A DNA stretch of 64,000 nucleotides from Felis catus (taxonomy: Eukaryota), in the NCBI RefSeq assembly GCF_018350175.1, contig NC_058368.1:188482001-188546000 (forward strand), written 5' to 3'. A program made the position numbers and the translations under genes. Shown piece by piece: positions 1 to 12,499 of this stretch (positions are counted from its first letter, which is position 1; each line of letters opens with the position of its first letter). The notes below the pieces were generated by a model that saw only the letters and a list, made by a program, of their open reading frames with translations, had not been told where the DNA came from and searched no databases.

Positions 1-878
1 TTAATTCTTGCACTCAGAATTGATCCCCGTATAAGAAATCTGGGCTCGAGGCACCTAAAATTATTGCTTGAATTTAGCAAGTGTAATGAATGATAGAACA
101 TTCATGCTATGTCTCACCCAAAATGGATAATTCCCAGCTGTTCCACAGATGGTGAAATTATCTTATTGAACAGAATGTTAGTGTTCACACAGGCTATGAC
201 AATGGCTTTCAAACTTCTTGCCTTGGCATCATAGTTCCCAGGTCCAAGATGCACTTTTATAAAGCCCAACACTGCTTTGACCCCGGTTTTAGAAATCACT
301 GGATAAAGGCCTTATTCAGGATAGTATTTAGCATTTAGAAGGAATTCAGTCATTTAGTCACTCCCTGAACATTATGTTTTGTAGGAGGGAAGGGCTATTC
401 TGGGTGAATTTTACCTAAATATTATTTAAAAACTTCATATGTATCTTCCCTACATAAGATTTATATCGTCAATAGATAAATATCTACTGAATACTTTCTA
501 CCTGATGAAAGACTTCACTAAGAGTTTTACATGATGATTACCTTTAACTTTTACACGTCTTGAGGTAGGAATGATTATTATCCCTCTTTTATAAATGACG
601 AAACTCAGACACAGAGCCTAAAGCATTTTCCTGTGATTACACAAATAAAAGTAAACAATGCCTGGATTTCAGCACGTTTTCTGATAAAAGGATCAGGATA
701 TACTATTTAGGAATATCCAGGGGGCAGCTATAGCAAATCTGCCCTAGTCCCACCATCGCCCAGTACAGACTGAGTGTGCATTGGGCCTTCAGGCAAGGTA
801 GCTGTGCTAGAAAGATGTGAGCTGGACGGAACCATTCCTCCCTCTGGGCTGAGGTAGAAAATGTGTTTAGAGCTTCTA

Positions 879-892
879 TCAGTAGGTGGCGC
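879..892 (+). promoter_or_regulatory. Candidate CTCF site (forward) in IL12B intron 6
   Basis: TCAGTAGGTGGCGC matches CCASYAGRKGGCRS at 13/14 positions. Confidence 0.55.
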
Positions 893-1033
893 AAGTTCTA
901 TACAACTCCACTGTTTATTGCAACTGTGGAGCCCTTAAACCCAGGTGTACTTGTTTTGAGAGACCAAGCGTTGCAAAAATAGGCCCAGCCCATCTTGTGA
1001 CTGCATTGCTAAAGACATCCCTCTCCTTTGCAG

Positions 1034-1165
1034 AAAGACAGACTCTCCGTGGACAAGACCTCAGCCAAGGTCGTGTGCCACAAGGATGCCAAGATCCGCG
1101 TGCAAGCCAGAGACCGCTACTATAGCTCATCCTGGAGCAACTGGGCATCCGTGTCCTGCAGTTAG
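1034..1165 (+). CDS. IL12B: Interleukin-12 subunit beta (p40), last coding exon (exon 7); upstream exons lie outside the window
   Basis: Acceptor tttgcAG ends at 1033. Translation is [43 protein letters not shown], the p40 C-terminal FnIII domain with a WSxWS-like WSNWAS. TAG at 1163-1165 is followed directly by donor GTGAG at 1166. Confidence 0.97.
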   Translation, partial: KDRLSVDKTSAKVVCHKDAKIRVQARDRYYSSSWSNWASVSCS

Positions 1166-1822
1166 GTGAGCAGGCCCACAAAGCCCAGCCCGTACCTAAA
1201 CACTCAGTGGACCCAGGTGCAGGGCTTTGGTGGGGGGCAGTGCAGGAGAAGAAAGGGGAGACAGGGTGCCCGGCACATAGTCACTAGAGTCAGAAACATA
1301 CATTTGTTCATTAACAGATATTTGATGCCCATATTGTTCCAGGCACTGTGCTGGGTACAGAGATACTGCAGTAAAGAAAACATACATAGGTCCTGTTGCT
1401 CTAAGGGTCAGAGCAAAAATGGCTTGCAAGCTGTTTTCAGGACTTAGAACCTTCTCCTAGGCACCCTGGGGGGGACACTGAAAGCAGCCATATCCTAGAC
1501 CACATACGGGCAGGCTGGGCCCTTCTAACATGGAATCCCTAAAACCTCATTGCCCCAATAATATGTTGTGCGAAATAAGAAGGGTTTGCTGCCACATTTC
1601 TAATTCACATAGACTGTTGGTATTCTTTTTCAGGTTCCAATCCCAGGATGAAACCTTGGAGGAAAAGTGGAAGATATTATGCAGAAGTTTTTAAAGAGAC
1701 AATGGAATAGGCCCCAAAAGTTATTTTCTACCTAATTTGCTTTTTGCAAAGGATCATTATAATGTTTTTGTAGTAGTTTTACATTGAAATGCCAAATGCC
1801 CACTGAAGCAATTAGCTACTTT

Positions 1823-1905
1823 ATTTATAGATTTTCTAGCTAGCAGGTTGCCACCGACCTTAATGCTATTTAAATATTTAAGTAATTTATGTATTTATTA
1901 ATTTA
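1823..1905 (+). promoter_or_regulatory. AU-rich element cluster in IL12B 3'UTR
   Basis: ATTTA pentamers at 1823, 1868, 1876, 1885, 1893 and 1901 in a U-rich context, typical of cytokine mRNA instability elements. Confidence 0.75.
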
Positions 1906-2727
1906 TTGTTATTGAACACTTCTGTGTCAAGATGTATTGTATGTTTCATACTCTCAGGACCTGATCTGTAAGGAATAGGCCCTATTATGCAAAATGTGAA
2001 TTTATGTGTTATTTATACTGACAACTTTTCAAACAAGACTACAAGTGCATCAGTTTTATGACAACCAGTGAGAACACAGTATTCTGATGCCAGCACCAAT
2101 AATATGTTTGTGATGGATGGGAACACAGTTAAACAGAAGCACGGAGACATGAATCCATTTGAAAAGGTTCTGGTGACCGAGATGTTAGCTCCTGTGTCCG
2201 TGAAGATTTCCTTGAGGTGGTGTTGCTAAAGCAATTCAGGACCACCTGCACTTCTAAGCAAGTTCAGTTGTTTTATTTTTGTTGTTGGTGGTGAGTTTTT
2301 TTGGGGGGGAGGCAGTTGGATGCCTGAATTTAGAAAGGACTAAAAAAATAACTGAAATTGAAATTCAGCTTCAGCTACCCTGGCAGTCCCCACCTCCATC
2401 TATCTGTAAGACATCGGAGAGTGACCCAGAGACATTGGAAGTGTCTGGAAAGTAAAAAGGTCTTAGGATCCAAGAGGGAGAACAAGTATAGTACGGCCAA
2501 GCAAACAAAATTGTCAAAATTGCCAGCTGCTTTTTAATAGCCATGCAAGACAACACAGAGTTGCAAAGAAAACAATCAAGAATTGCTTACTCATCAGCAT
2601 GAGTGAACCTGACTGGTGGATATGACCGGACAGTGCCAATCACTAAGGTGCTACTTTTAAGTAATGAATGTGCTTTCTGTAAAGTGATTTCATTTGTTTT
2701 CTGTTTACTTATTTCTGACAGTGAACT

Positions 2728-2733
2728 AATAAA
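2728..2733 (+). terminator. IL12B polyadenylation signal
   Basis: AATAAA followed by a T-rich segment. Confidence 0.75.
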
Positions 2734-4383
2734 AATATAATTCTTCTTTGCAATAATATTTTGGGCTTTCTCAGCTGACTCAAGTATCCTGTTCCCGCAT
2801 TTACCAGGATTGCATTACTTTTCCCCTGCCATTTAAGAATTGCCCTTCTTTGAAGCAATTTCACTTCCAGTTTTGCAGAGTTGCCCTTTCCCTTTATAGG
2901 ACTCCCAAAGTCGGTGTCTTGCTGAGCTCAGGGAATGTCCCTGCGGTCTGACCACGGGGAACTCTGCAAGGGCACTGAACTGCATTATGCCCTCTTCAGG
3001 GGTTGGATGTTCTTGCTTCTTTCGCCTTCTATCCTGGAATCAACTCTACTTGCTCCCAAACTGTCATGAAATAAAGCACCAACCTGGTAGAGTCATGAGC
3101 ATCCCAGCCCATAGGTCCAGACCTGGTGTTTGCAGAGGATTTGTCACATGTCTGGATGTGTGCTAAAACCTTGGGTTGAGGAGATCCAGACAACCTTGGG
3201 TTGCCTTCCCCAAACAGTGCCCATTCCTGGCACAGCTTAGAAGGCAGCGATGAAAAGTTAACTTCAATAGCACTAAATGCTAAAATGTTCAGTATATATG
3301 GTGCCCTGGGGTAAGAACAAAGGAGAAGAATCAGTGTAACCTAGAGTCACCCAGGAAGGCTCAATAGAGAAGGGGAAGTCAAAGAAAGGGCAGAGCCTCC
3401 CAGTTTCTCTTTGGTGCCTCCCATGGAAAGAGCAAGTGGTGGGATCAGAGAGAAGGAGTACAGTCTCTACTACCTTCAATAGCCAAATGTACATGTCTGG
3501 GCTTCCTTGCAATGGCAAGGTAATTATAATAGGGATGCTTTAAGTGTCCTTATTTTAAGTGTCTCCTGGAGCCCTTATTCTACTCTGCTTCTGACCTGGA
3601 GGAATGGTGGAAAGATTCTATCATTCTCAGCCAACATTTGAAACCTATCATCTTGAATTACGAGCCCATACTGGATAGCACGTGGTTGGTTAATAACTAT
3701 TTGTCCTCCTACAGGGTCTTTCATCTAGAGATACAAAAAAACACTTAATGGGCATTTAATGAACAACACTAACCAAGAAAAAATAATTAATCATACTTAT
3801 AAGTACAGACACCAGGAGACCTTTCCCAAAACTTCCGGCCAGCCTGGGGCAGAGCTCAGATGTTCCCTCTCCCAGCATGCCCAGTGCTTTCCTGACATGA
3901 CCTCTTAGCATCCAATTAAGTTGAATTTCAATGAAGAGTTTTTATCTTGGAAGGACATTCTCCAGGACAATCCTTTTTTATGGGGAATCTAGCCGCTACA
4001 AACATATCAAATGTTCTACCTAAAGAGCTCAGGACCGGGAACCAGGAGACTGGGCCCTGGGCCTGGTCAGCCCTGCTACATGACCATGTGACCTTCAGCA
4101 GAACACTGGACACAACCTGCTGCTTGTCCCATCAGTAGTCACTCTCAACTTCTTTCCCTCCCAGTGACCTTCCTGAGCTCTAAGATTGGGAAGCTAAGAG
4201 CCCCAAAGATTGGGACACTTTTCTAGTCACCCTGGCTGCCCAGCAAAGCCATGAGACCTTGTTCCAGCTCATGAGATATGAGAAAATTCTGCCTGTGTTC
4301 TCCTGAGAAAAGAGAACCATAGCCAATCACTCTTGCCCTCCTTCCTCTCTTGAGCAGATGACATTTAAGAAGTTTCAGAGAAT

Positions 4384-4612
4384 GGGGCACCTGGGTGGCT
4401 CAGTTAGTTGAGCATCTGACTTTGGCTCGGATCATGATCTCATGGCTCGTGAGTTCAGGCCCACGTCGGGCTCTGTGCTGACAGCTCAGAGCCTGGAGCC
4501 TGCTTCAGATTCTGTCTCGTCTCTCTGTCCCTCCGCCACTCGCGCTCTGTGTGAGTGTAAATCACTCTCTCTCTCAAATGTAAATCAACATTTAAAAAAA
4601 AACTTTTTTTTA
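4384..4612 (+). mobile_element. Can-SINE (SINEC_Fc-type)
   Basis: tRNA-derived head GGGGCACCTGGGTGGCTCAG, CT-rich segment, A-rich tail. TSD AAGAAGT(T/C)TCAGAGAA at 4367-4382 and 4613-4628. Confidence 0.9.
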
Positions 4613-5259
4613 AAGAAGTCTCAGAGAAAACCCTGCAACCAGAATGGAAGCCACCATGATGGGACTGTAAAGCTACATCGACTTTGGGACTCAAGCAAAA
4701 TCAAAAAGCTGAACCAACCCCTCTAACCACTTACCCCAGACTTCTTGTATTAGAAAGATAGACCCATATGTGTGTGTATTTTTTAACCGTGGTAAAATAC
4801 ACATAAGATAAAATGTACCATTATAACCATCTTTGGGTGTCCAATTCACTGGCATCAACTACTGGGAGGAAATGGGTCAGAACACCAGGTCTGCCCCTCA
4901 CAGCTGGCATGTCCCTAGGGACACCCTGGAGCCACATCCAATGATGCCAAGTGGGGTCCTGGTGATGCCCTGTCTGCCTGAAGAGAGATAACCAGGGTCA
5001 GGAAGCTTGTTCCAAGGGCAGCTGGAGCCTGAGCAGGACGCACCGGGGGTGGGGGGCGGGGAGGGGTTGGCAAGCAGCTTCCATGGGAGAGACACCTCTG
5101 CTGTTCCTTCATTCACTCAACAGTTACTGCTCTGTCCCTGGCACCATCGTCAACTTTCTGGATACAAGGCTAAACAAGACCTTGCTCTCTCACTGTTTCC
5201 AGTCTCCAAAGGATGAAATGCTTGAAATTCTAAGCACCGAAGGTCACCTCTTGAGGGTT

Positions 5260-5530
5260 AAGAGCTCTATAAAATGAGATGATCAGTTTAATGGGGTTAG
5301 CACAGTGCCTGGCCCACAGTAAACACTCAATAAATGGTAGCTATTTCTACCCAAGAGCTCTGTGATCTTGGGCAAGTTACTTCACCTTTTCAAGCCTCAC
5401 TTTTCTCATCTGTAGAATGGGATAATAAGAGTACCCACTTCACAGAGTGGTTGTTAGGATTAATGGAATAACACTTAGAAAGTGCTTATAAAAATACCAG
5501 ATCCATAATAAGTACTCAATAAAGGCTGAT
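5260..5530 (+). mobile_element. MIR relics (boundaries approximate)
   Basis: MIR core-like tgtgatcttgggcaagttacttcacc...ctcacttttctcatctgtagaatgggataata, and gcacagtgcctggc...ctcaataaatggtagcta. Confidence 0.6.
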
Positions 5531-6179
5531 TGTTAATATTCTTATTATATTACCTATACCTTAAAAAAAGAATAATTCGGGCCGCTATGTCTTTGTGGGT
5601 GTAGGGAAATGGAGAGATTGTTGTTAGGAGGTCGTGATGTTTCTTAGAAGTGGGTCAGGATGAAGGATGCATTAATGAGCCAATGAAGAGATCAGTCAAG
5701 CTCCTCAGGGCAGAAACCCTTTCTTATAAATACAATTGTAAGAACATCCCCATCTGGGGGGTACCAAGATGCACCGAACCCAATTCCTGCCTCTAGGGAT
5801 TGGACAGTCTGAAAGGGGCAAACATGGGGAATACATATATTAAAATATAGCCAGGCTGGGTTAAGGGTATGCACACCCTAAATATTTCTTTTTACAAAGG
5901 TTTTCAGCTCCAGGGAAGATCCTTTTCATTCCCTTTAACCTTCCTGGATGCAATAATTTGGCATAAACCTGCCAATTCACCTTACCCATAAATCCGATTT
6001 TAATCATCTCTTTCCTTTTCATTTCAGTATGGCCCCTCTTCTAACACAGCATTTGCGAGCAGACTGTATTTGGACAAGACTTTCTCCAGAGGGCCATATT
6101 ATAACCAAGGAAATGAATTCCCTTTCTCAGGCTCATAAAATGCAAAAATAAAATCAGCATTCTAACTGAGGGCAGAGGA

Positions 6180-6440
6180 AACCAGGCGCGCATACTGAAC
6201 ACCCTCCTCCTGCAGGAAGCGCGCTTGGCGGAGCGGATTTGCATTTACCTTCACGCAGGCCTGGGTTCCGAGGCGCGAGGCGCGGGGCGTCCTGGCAGCC
6301 GGCCTCCGCGGTTGTGCGCAGCCCCTCCTCCTAGTGCAGGCCAGTGTGTGACCCGCTTCAGGGCTCTGCAGATGCTCGCTAATCTCCCCTGCCTCCTTTC
6401 GAAAAGAACACAAACCGCCTCTCCCCTGCCCATCGCCCCA
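6180..6440. promoter_or_regulatory. Small CpG-rich patch with octamer motif, candidate enhancer ~3.5 kb downstream of IL12B
   Basis: Local cluster of CpGs (gcgcg, ggcgcgaggcgcggggcg, ccgcgg) in otherwise CpG-poor DNA. ATTTGCAT at 6237-6244. Confidence 0.4.
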
Positions 6441-6699
6441 GCTGACCAGGGGTCTTCCTTGGCACTTTGCAAAAAGACCATTGCTAACCCCAGCATAGGG
6501 GGTTCTAGAGAGCTGAGTGTTGTGTCAGTGACCCTGGGGGGTCACTTTGGAGGAGAGGGAAAGTTAGGGGACAAATCATAGTGTCCAGTGGGCTTCTTCC
6601 TTCCCACACCATCATCCAACACGCGCACACCAAACACTGGTGGAGTGGGGGCCCCGGTGCCTGGGAGGATCCGAGGCACAGAGTGTGTGTGCACCTGGC

Positions 6700-6870
6700 T
6701 CTGAAGCAAGAAGACCTGGGTTCAAATCCCTGCTCCCCACTTACCAGCTTTGTGCCCTGGGGCAATTCCTTAATCTCTCTGTGCCTCAGTTTCCTCACCT
6801 CTAAAACAAGTACGCTGGCTGTGCCATCACCTCCTGGGGATGTTGTGAGAATTTAAGGAAACCAGTTCCA
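6700..6870 (+). mobile_element. MIR relic
   Basis: gacctgggttcaaatccctgctccccacttaccagctttgtgccctggggcaattccttaatctctctgtgcctcagtttcctcacct matches the MIR core. Confidence 0.7.
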
Positions 6871-8749
6871 CAGCACCCAGCACCTAGCAAGTATACCTCC
6901 AAGGCCAGTTGCAGTTTCTGTTTTCATAAAGTCAAGCCCAAAAGGGGAAGCAGTCCTAATTCCTCCTCTTCTTCCCTCCCCATGTAGATGAGGGCAGGTT
7001 TGGGACATGTACATAAGCTTTCAGTCCTGACTCAGAAATCTGTGTCCTCCCACCCACCAGCCCTCTCCTGCCAGCACAGAGCAGTGACATCTCCCCCGGA
7101 TCACAGCATACAGAGCGGTACTCCATGCCAGCAACTACTGCATGGGTCTCTGCTCTGCCTTACGAAACATTCTGTAGCCATGGTTGACCCCTTTCTCTGA
7201 AATCCCTCTGTTTGCACTTTTGGGTGCCTTAGAGGCTAACCAGACCAATGGTCTCCCAACTTGTTTGAGCCAGAATCCCTTTGCTCAAGTGGAATTCCTA
7301 AATGAAGTCCCACTATACACAGGCACCTGGGAGGATGGTGGCCAAAGGGACTTTAGTTTTATCAGCAATGCTCTAATTCTTTACAAGAAGAATGCATTAT
7401 CATATTTCCTGCATGATTAAAAATTAATTTTTTATAAAGTCCTGTATGTAAAGCAGACAAAAGCAGAACTTCTCTGCCTGAAGCCTCCCACCCACTCAGC
7501 CCAGCCACCCTCCCTACTCACCCCTATAGCCCTGGGGCCCCACCTCGACACCCCCAAATTCTTCAGAGCCCAGTTTGAAAACCTCTCATTTTATAAGATG
7601 AAGAAATTGAAGGCCAGAGAAGTTTGGTGCCTTGCCCAAACACCCAGAGCCTGATTCTTGCCAAGGCTCAAACTTGAACCTGAGTCTCCTGACTCCCGTT
7701 TTGGCTGTTCCTGACATGTTAAGTAATAATTCCCAGAAGATTGCTATTAAACTGAGCAGCCTATCCCTAGTGAGCAGCAGCACCTGAAAACCTAGGGGTT
7801 CCCACAAACACTTGCATGCTAATTAGCTTCTTAAAATAGTTTCCCAGCTCCTTGGAATGTGGTGTCTGAAACCTTAACGCATCCTCTGCTTTACTCCAGG
7901 GAGAGTAGAAAAGAACCGGCAAGGACACGCACCCTACAAGACAAAGGAAGTCATAATTTGGGCTGCCACAACACTGCTACCAGCCCTAAAGCACCTTGAT
8001 GCAAATAAGAAAAAGGTATCTCTTCTTCTGGGCAGGCACAGCCCCATACCAGGGTACGTGACTTACTGAGTGGGGAGCAGGCTAGATTTCTGCTCCCTCT
8101 TGACCCCTCAACCAGGGACCCTTGTGCAGGACACAACCTGCCCAAACACACATGGCAACGATGGTCATGGTGAGAGTGGTAGGTGCTTGGAATAAAGGAA
8201 GTTGAAGGGGAGGGAAGGCTTTCATTCATTCATTCATTCATTCAGCAAATAATGACTCGGTGTTTACTGTGCCAGGCCCACAAGTGCAGAGAAGAATACA
8301 TGAGCAAGGTGGGCAGGTATAGTGCCTCCAAGATCTTACAGCCTCAAGAGGGCTGAAGACAACAGCACAGACAATAAGAGTACAGTGTGGTTGAGTGTTA
8401 GCACAGGTAAGGAAAACTGTGGAGTTATCTATGGGGATTTGCCTTCACAGATGCTTCAGGCTGCAGGTAAGGGAGACCTCATTAACAAGTGACTTGAGCA
8501 ATAAGGAGCTGTGAGGGCACCTACAAGAAGTCTGGAGGTAAGGTATGGCAGGATGTAACTGGGCAATTTGATGACATCATCAAGAACTCAGACTCTTTTC
8601 AACTTTCTTCTCCACTAGCTTCAGTGTGCAAGCTTTTGTCCTGGTATTTGCCCTTCAAGATGGCTGCTGCAGCCATCATATCCTCATGTCACCATGCCTG
8701 AGGACTGGAAAGGCAGTTCTCTTCTAAAATTTAGAGGGTTTTTAAAAAA

Positions 8750-8956
8750 TTTTTTTAATGTTTATTTATTTTTGAGAGAGAGAGAGAGAGAGAGAGAGAG
8801 CAAGCAGGAGAAGAGCAGAGAGAGAGGGAGACACAGAATCTGAAGCAGGCTCTGAACTGTCAGCACAGCCTGATGCAGGGCTCGAATCCATGAACCATGA
8901 GATCATGACCTGAGCCAAAGTTGGATGTTTAAACAACTGAGCCACCCAGGCGCCCC
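8750..8956 (-). mobile_element. Can-SINE
   Basis: Reverse-complement head (gccacccaggcgcccc ends at 8956), (GA)n, T-rich tail. Confidence 0.9.
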
Positions 8957-9196
8957 TAAAGTTTGTTTTTAATCAGAGAAGACAGTCTTTCCAGAGCCCT
9001 TGGCAGATATGCTCATGCCTTACCTACCAGGAGGATGGGAAAGCAAGAACCTCACAATTTCTCTCTCTAAAGTGGGAGGCAGGCCCTGACAGCAAGGGAG
9101 GAGCTGAGTGGGAAATGGTTACTGTTTAGGCAACTAACAGTGCATGCTACAGGACTGCAAAGGATGACCCAGAACCTAGCTTTGAAGGCGGGCATC

Positions 9197-9672
9197 TGTG
9201 GTAGGCAAAATTATACACCCCTCCCCCAAGATGTCCATGCCTAGTCCTCAGAACTTGTGAATATGATGAGATCATCCCAGATGATCCAGGTGGAACGAGT
9301 GTAATCACATGAGCCCTTAAAAGTAAAATACAGTAGAGGGAGAAGTCACAGATGTATGAAGCATGGGAAGGATTTGACCTTCAAGCTGTTGCTGGCTTGA
9401 ATACGAAGGAGCAACGTTTCAGAGAAATTTGGACCTCATTCCTATAGCCACAAAGAGCTGAATTCTGCAAGAACCTGAACGAGTTTGGAAACAGATTGTT
9501 CCCCAGAGTTTCCAGAAGGGAACACAGCCCTGCCTTGGTGAAGCACTAAGCAGAGAACGCATCCAGGCCCACCTGGACCTCTGACCTTTAGGTCTGCAAG
9601 ATAATAAATGGGTATTGCTGTAGGCAGCTAAATATATGGTAATTTGTTGCAGCAGCAGTCAAAACTAAAACA
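9197..9672 (+). mobile_element. MaLR solo LTR (MLT1D-like)
   Basis: TG...CA termini. Begins tgtggtaggcaaaattat...cccccaagatgtccatg and ends taatttgttgcagcagcagtcaaaactaaaaca. Confidence 0.7.
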
Positions 9673-9864
9673 GATCCCAAATTAGAATATATCACATGCT
9701 GTGACTTTACGAATTAAGAAGAATTACCAGGTAAAAGGAATAACATGAGCACAAATCTGAAAGAAAGACATGTTGGAAACCAGAAAGCTCCTTTGAACTG
9801 AAGCATAGTGTGAGGAACAAAAGGAAAGGAGTAAGATAAAAAGATAAGAAATAAGAATGGGGGG

Positions 9865-10079
9865 GGGGCGCCTGGGTGGCTCAGTCGGTTAAGTGGCCGA
9901 CTTCAGCTCAGGTCATGATCTCGCGGTCCGTGAGTTCGAGCCCCACGTCGGGCTCTGTGCTGACAGCTCAGAGCCTGAAGCCTGTTTCAGATTCTGTGTC
10001 TCCCTCTCTCTGACCCTCCTCCGTTCATGCTCTGTCTCAAAAAAATAAATAAACGTTAAAAAAAAAAGTTAAAAAAAAA
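9865..10079 (+). mobile_element. Can-SINE (young)
   Basis: Full head with CpGs retained and an A tail. TSD AAGAAATAAGAATGGGG at 9846-9862 and 10080-10096. Confidence 0.92.
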
Positions 10080-11494
10080 AAGAAATAAGAATGGGGAATA
10101 AGGGAATAAGTAGGAACTAAATCCTACTAAAGTAAACCAAAGTAAGAGGGTCCTCAAGTGTCAAGCTTGGGCTTCACCATGATGGCAACAGAAAGTCATC
10201 GAAGGATTGAAAGCAGAAAAGTGATGGAGTCAGATTTTCATTTTTTCTGGATCGTTCAAGTTGCTATGTGAAGAATAGACAGGGAGAGAAGGCAAGTAGG
10301 CAAGGTAAAGGTCACAGTAGTGGTCCAGGTGAGAGATTATAACAGATTGGACAGGAAAAATGCTAGTAGGGATGAAGATTGGAAGATTACTTTGAAAGAA
10401 ATGAAGGAGAGAATTGACTGGACCTATTCATTGGACATGAGTGGTAAGAGAAAAGAATCAAGAATAAAGCCCATTCATTTATTCATTCATTCAATACACC
10501 TTTGTTAGAACCTTCCACAGTACGTGGTCCAAGGACTGAGGGAGTCACAGGATGTTGCCTAAAAAACAGGCAAAAAGAGACATAGCCCTACTTACATAGA
10601 ACTTCGAGATTTCTGATTTGATCACCTTATTCACTGAGAGAGAAGCAGGGTTGAGTGTGGAAGGAACAAAGATGAGGGACTAAAGACGATGAGCTCCCCT
10701 TATATCAGTGGACATATACATGGGACAACCAATGGTAATATCCAATAAGCCTTGGATATATGGGTTCAGAGCCCATGTGTGAAATTTGAGCTAGAGATAG
10801 AGAGCTGGGGATCACTGTTATATGCAAGAAAATTCCCTTCAGTCATTCAGAAGACAATGCCTTTGAGGAGAGGGGTTAAGAATTGGGAAATGGGAATGTG
10901 CCTTCAAGAGCTTTCACTTCCACCTTTTTGCCTTGGGAACAACCCTGAATAAAATCTGAGACTGTCTTCTTCAAGTCATGCTGGCTGAGCTAGTACCAGG
11001 AAGCCCAGTGGTGTTCAATAGAGGTTAATTGAGTAAGGAATGACTCAAGAAGGCAAACAAATGAACCCCAGTGGGCAATTCTCCCTGGTTATTTGCCATC
11101 AAATGGAAGACACCTTTACTCTCCCCTTTTCCTAAGTAGTTCCACTGCCCTAGGATGCAGTGCCCCATGATTTGAATGGCTGAGTTTAATTCCAGTATTC
11201 ACTTAAATTATTTGCTCACTTCCAAAATGGAATCTCTCCTTGGATGACTAATGCAACTTTCTTGGGAGGACTAAGATGTTGGATGTTCAGGGTTTCCAAA
11301 TAAGCATTTGATTTAATCATGCTGGGGTGATTGTAGAAAAACGGGTGGTATCCACATGTGTACTTTACTATTTTTCATCTCTGGAATTTATATATGAGGT
11401 GTAGAAAGAAACTAACCAAAGGCAACCATTTTGCACCCCATAAGAAACCTTCGGGATTAAAAACCAGGAGCAGTAAGAAGTATGGGCAGTCAAA

Positions 11495-11686
11495 GGGTGC
11501 CTGAGTGGCGCAGTCGGCTCAGGTCATGATCTCACAGTTTGTGAGGGCAAGCCTCACATCAGGCTCTGTGCTGATGGTGCAGAGCCTGCTTGGGATCCTG
11601 CCTCTCCCTCCTCTGCCCCTCCCTAGCTTGTGCTCTCTCTCTCTCTCAAAATAAATAAATAAAAAACGTAAAAAAAAAAAAAAAAA
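11495..11686 (+). mobile_element. Can-SINE with short internal deletion in the head
   Basis: gggtgcctgagtggcgcagtcggctcagg lacks the usual ttaagcgtccgact segment. TSD AAGTATG(G/T)GCAGTCA at 11478-11492 and 11687-11701. Confidence 0.88.
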
Positions 11687-11918
11687 AAGTATGTGCAGTC
11701 ATTAGGAATATGCCCACGTCACACTGGAGAGGTTTTCACCTACTCAGCCATGTACTAGCTGTAGTTCCTTACCACTATATGCATCAGTTCTCCAGGCTAC
11801 CAGTTGGAAGCAATGATAGCAGTTCCTGCAAAGGGCAGAGTGAAGATGAAATGAAATAATGCATGCGAAGATCTCAAAATAGAGCCTGGAAAATTGTTAG
11901 CTAGTTATTTGTTTGCTA

Positions 11919-12347
11919 GTGTATTTGTTTGCTAGGGCCAGTTAACAATGTACCACAAACCAGGTGGCTTAAACAACAGATTTTTATTGTCTCACAGTTC
12001 TAGAGACTGGAAGTCCAAGATCAAGCTATCAGCATGCAAGCTGTGAGGGTGAATCTATGCCTCCCTCCTGGCTCCTTGTGGTATGCTGGCTACCTTTGGT
12101 GATCCTTGGCTTCTGCTGCACTACCCCAATCTCTGCCTTAATCTTCCCCTAGCATTCTCCCTGGGCGCCAGCCTGGGTCCCAACTTCCCCTTTTTGTAAA
12201 GACACTGGATTAAGAGGCCACCCTCCTTCAGTATGACCCCATCTTAATTACATCTACAATGACCCTATTTCTAAGTAAGGTGATACTCTGAGGGTGTTAG
12301 AACTTCAACGTGTGAACTGGGGGAGGGACACAGTCCAACCTATACCA
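11919..12347 (-). mobile_element. MaLR solo LTR (MLT1-type)
   Basis: taccacaaaccaggtggcttaaacaacagatttttattgtctcacagttctagagactggaagtccaagatcaag ... gggacacagtccaacctatacca is the reverse MLT1 signature. Confidence 0.75.
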
Positions 12348-12499
12348 GTAGGTTAATATACAGTATTATATATATAATAATATATACAGTGTATATACAA
12401 TATTATGTAATAATAATAATAATATACAGTATTATTACTACTATCATCACTCCTATGCTCAGTTCAGCATAGTTTACCAAGTAAATACATCTATCTTTG

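Larger units (their letters stand above)
1634..2755 (+). other. IL12B: IL12B terminal non-coding exon (3' UTR); 3' end approximate
   Basis: Pyrimidine tract plus CAG (tctttttcAG) ends at 1633. The start resembles the recalled human IL12B 3'UTR (CCAGGATGAAA..TTGGAGGAAAAGTGGAAGATATTA). AATAAA at 2728-2733. Confidence 0.85.

Noticed and set aside
886..1447. ORFs 886..1125, 915..1181 and 1166..1447
   Set aside because: Wrong-frame or antisense shadows of IL12B exon 7 and its intron.
4384..4470. tRNA-like A/B boxes as tRNA genes (here and in other SINE heads)
   Set aside because: These are tRNA-derived SINE heads followed by a CT tract, A tail and TSD, not cloverleaf tRNA genes.
6041..6856. Overlapping ORFs up to 118 aa
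   Set aside because: A GC-rich patch plus MIR sequence; no coherent exon structure or recognisable protein.
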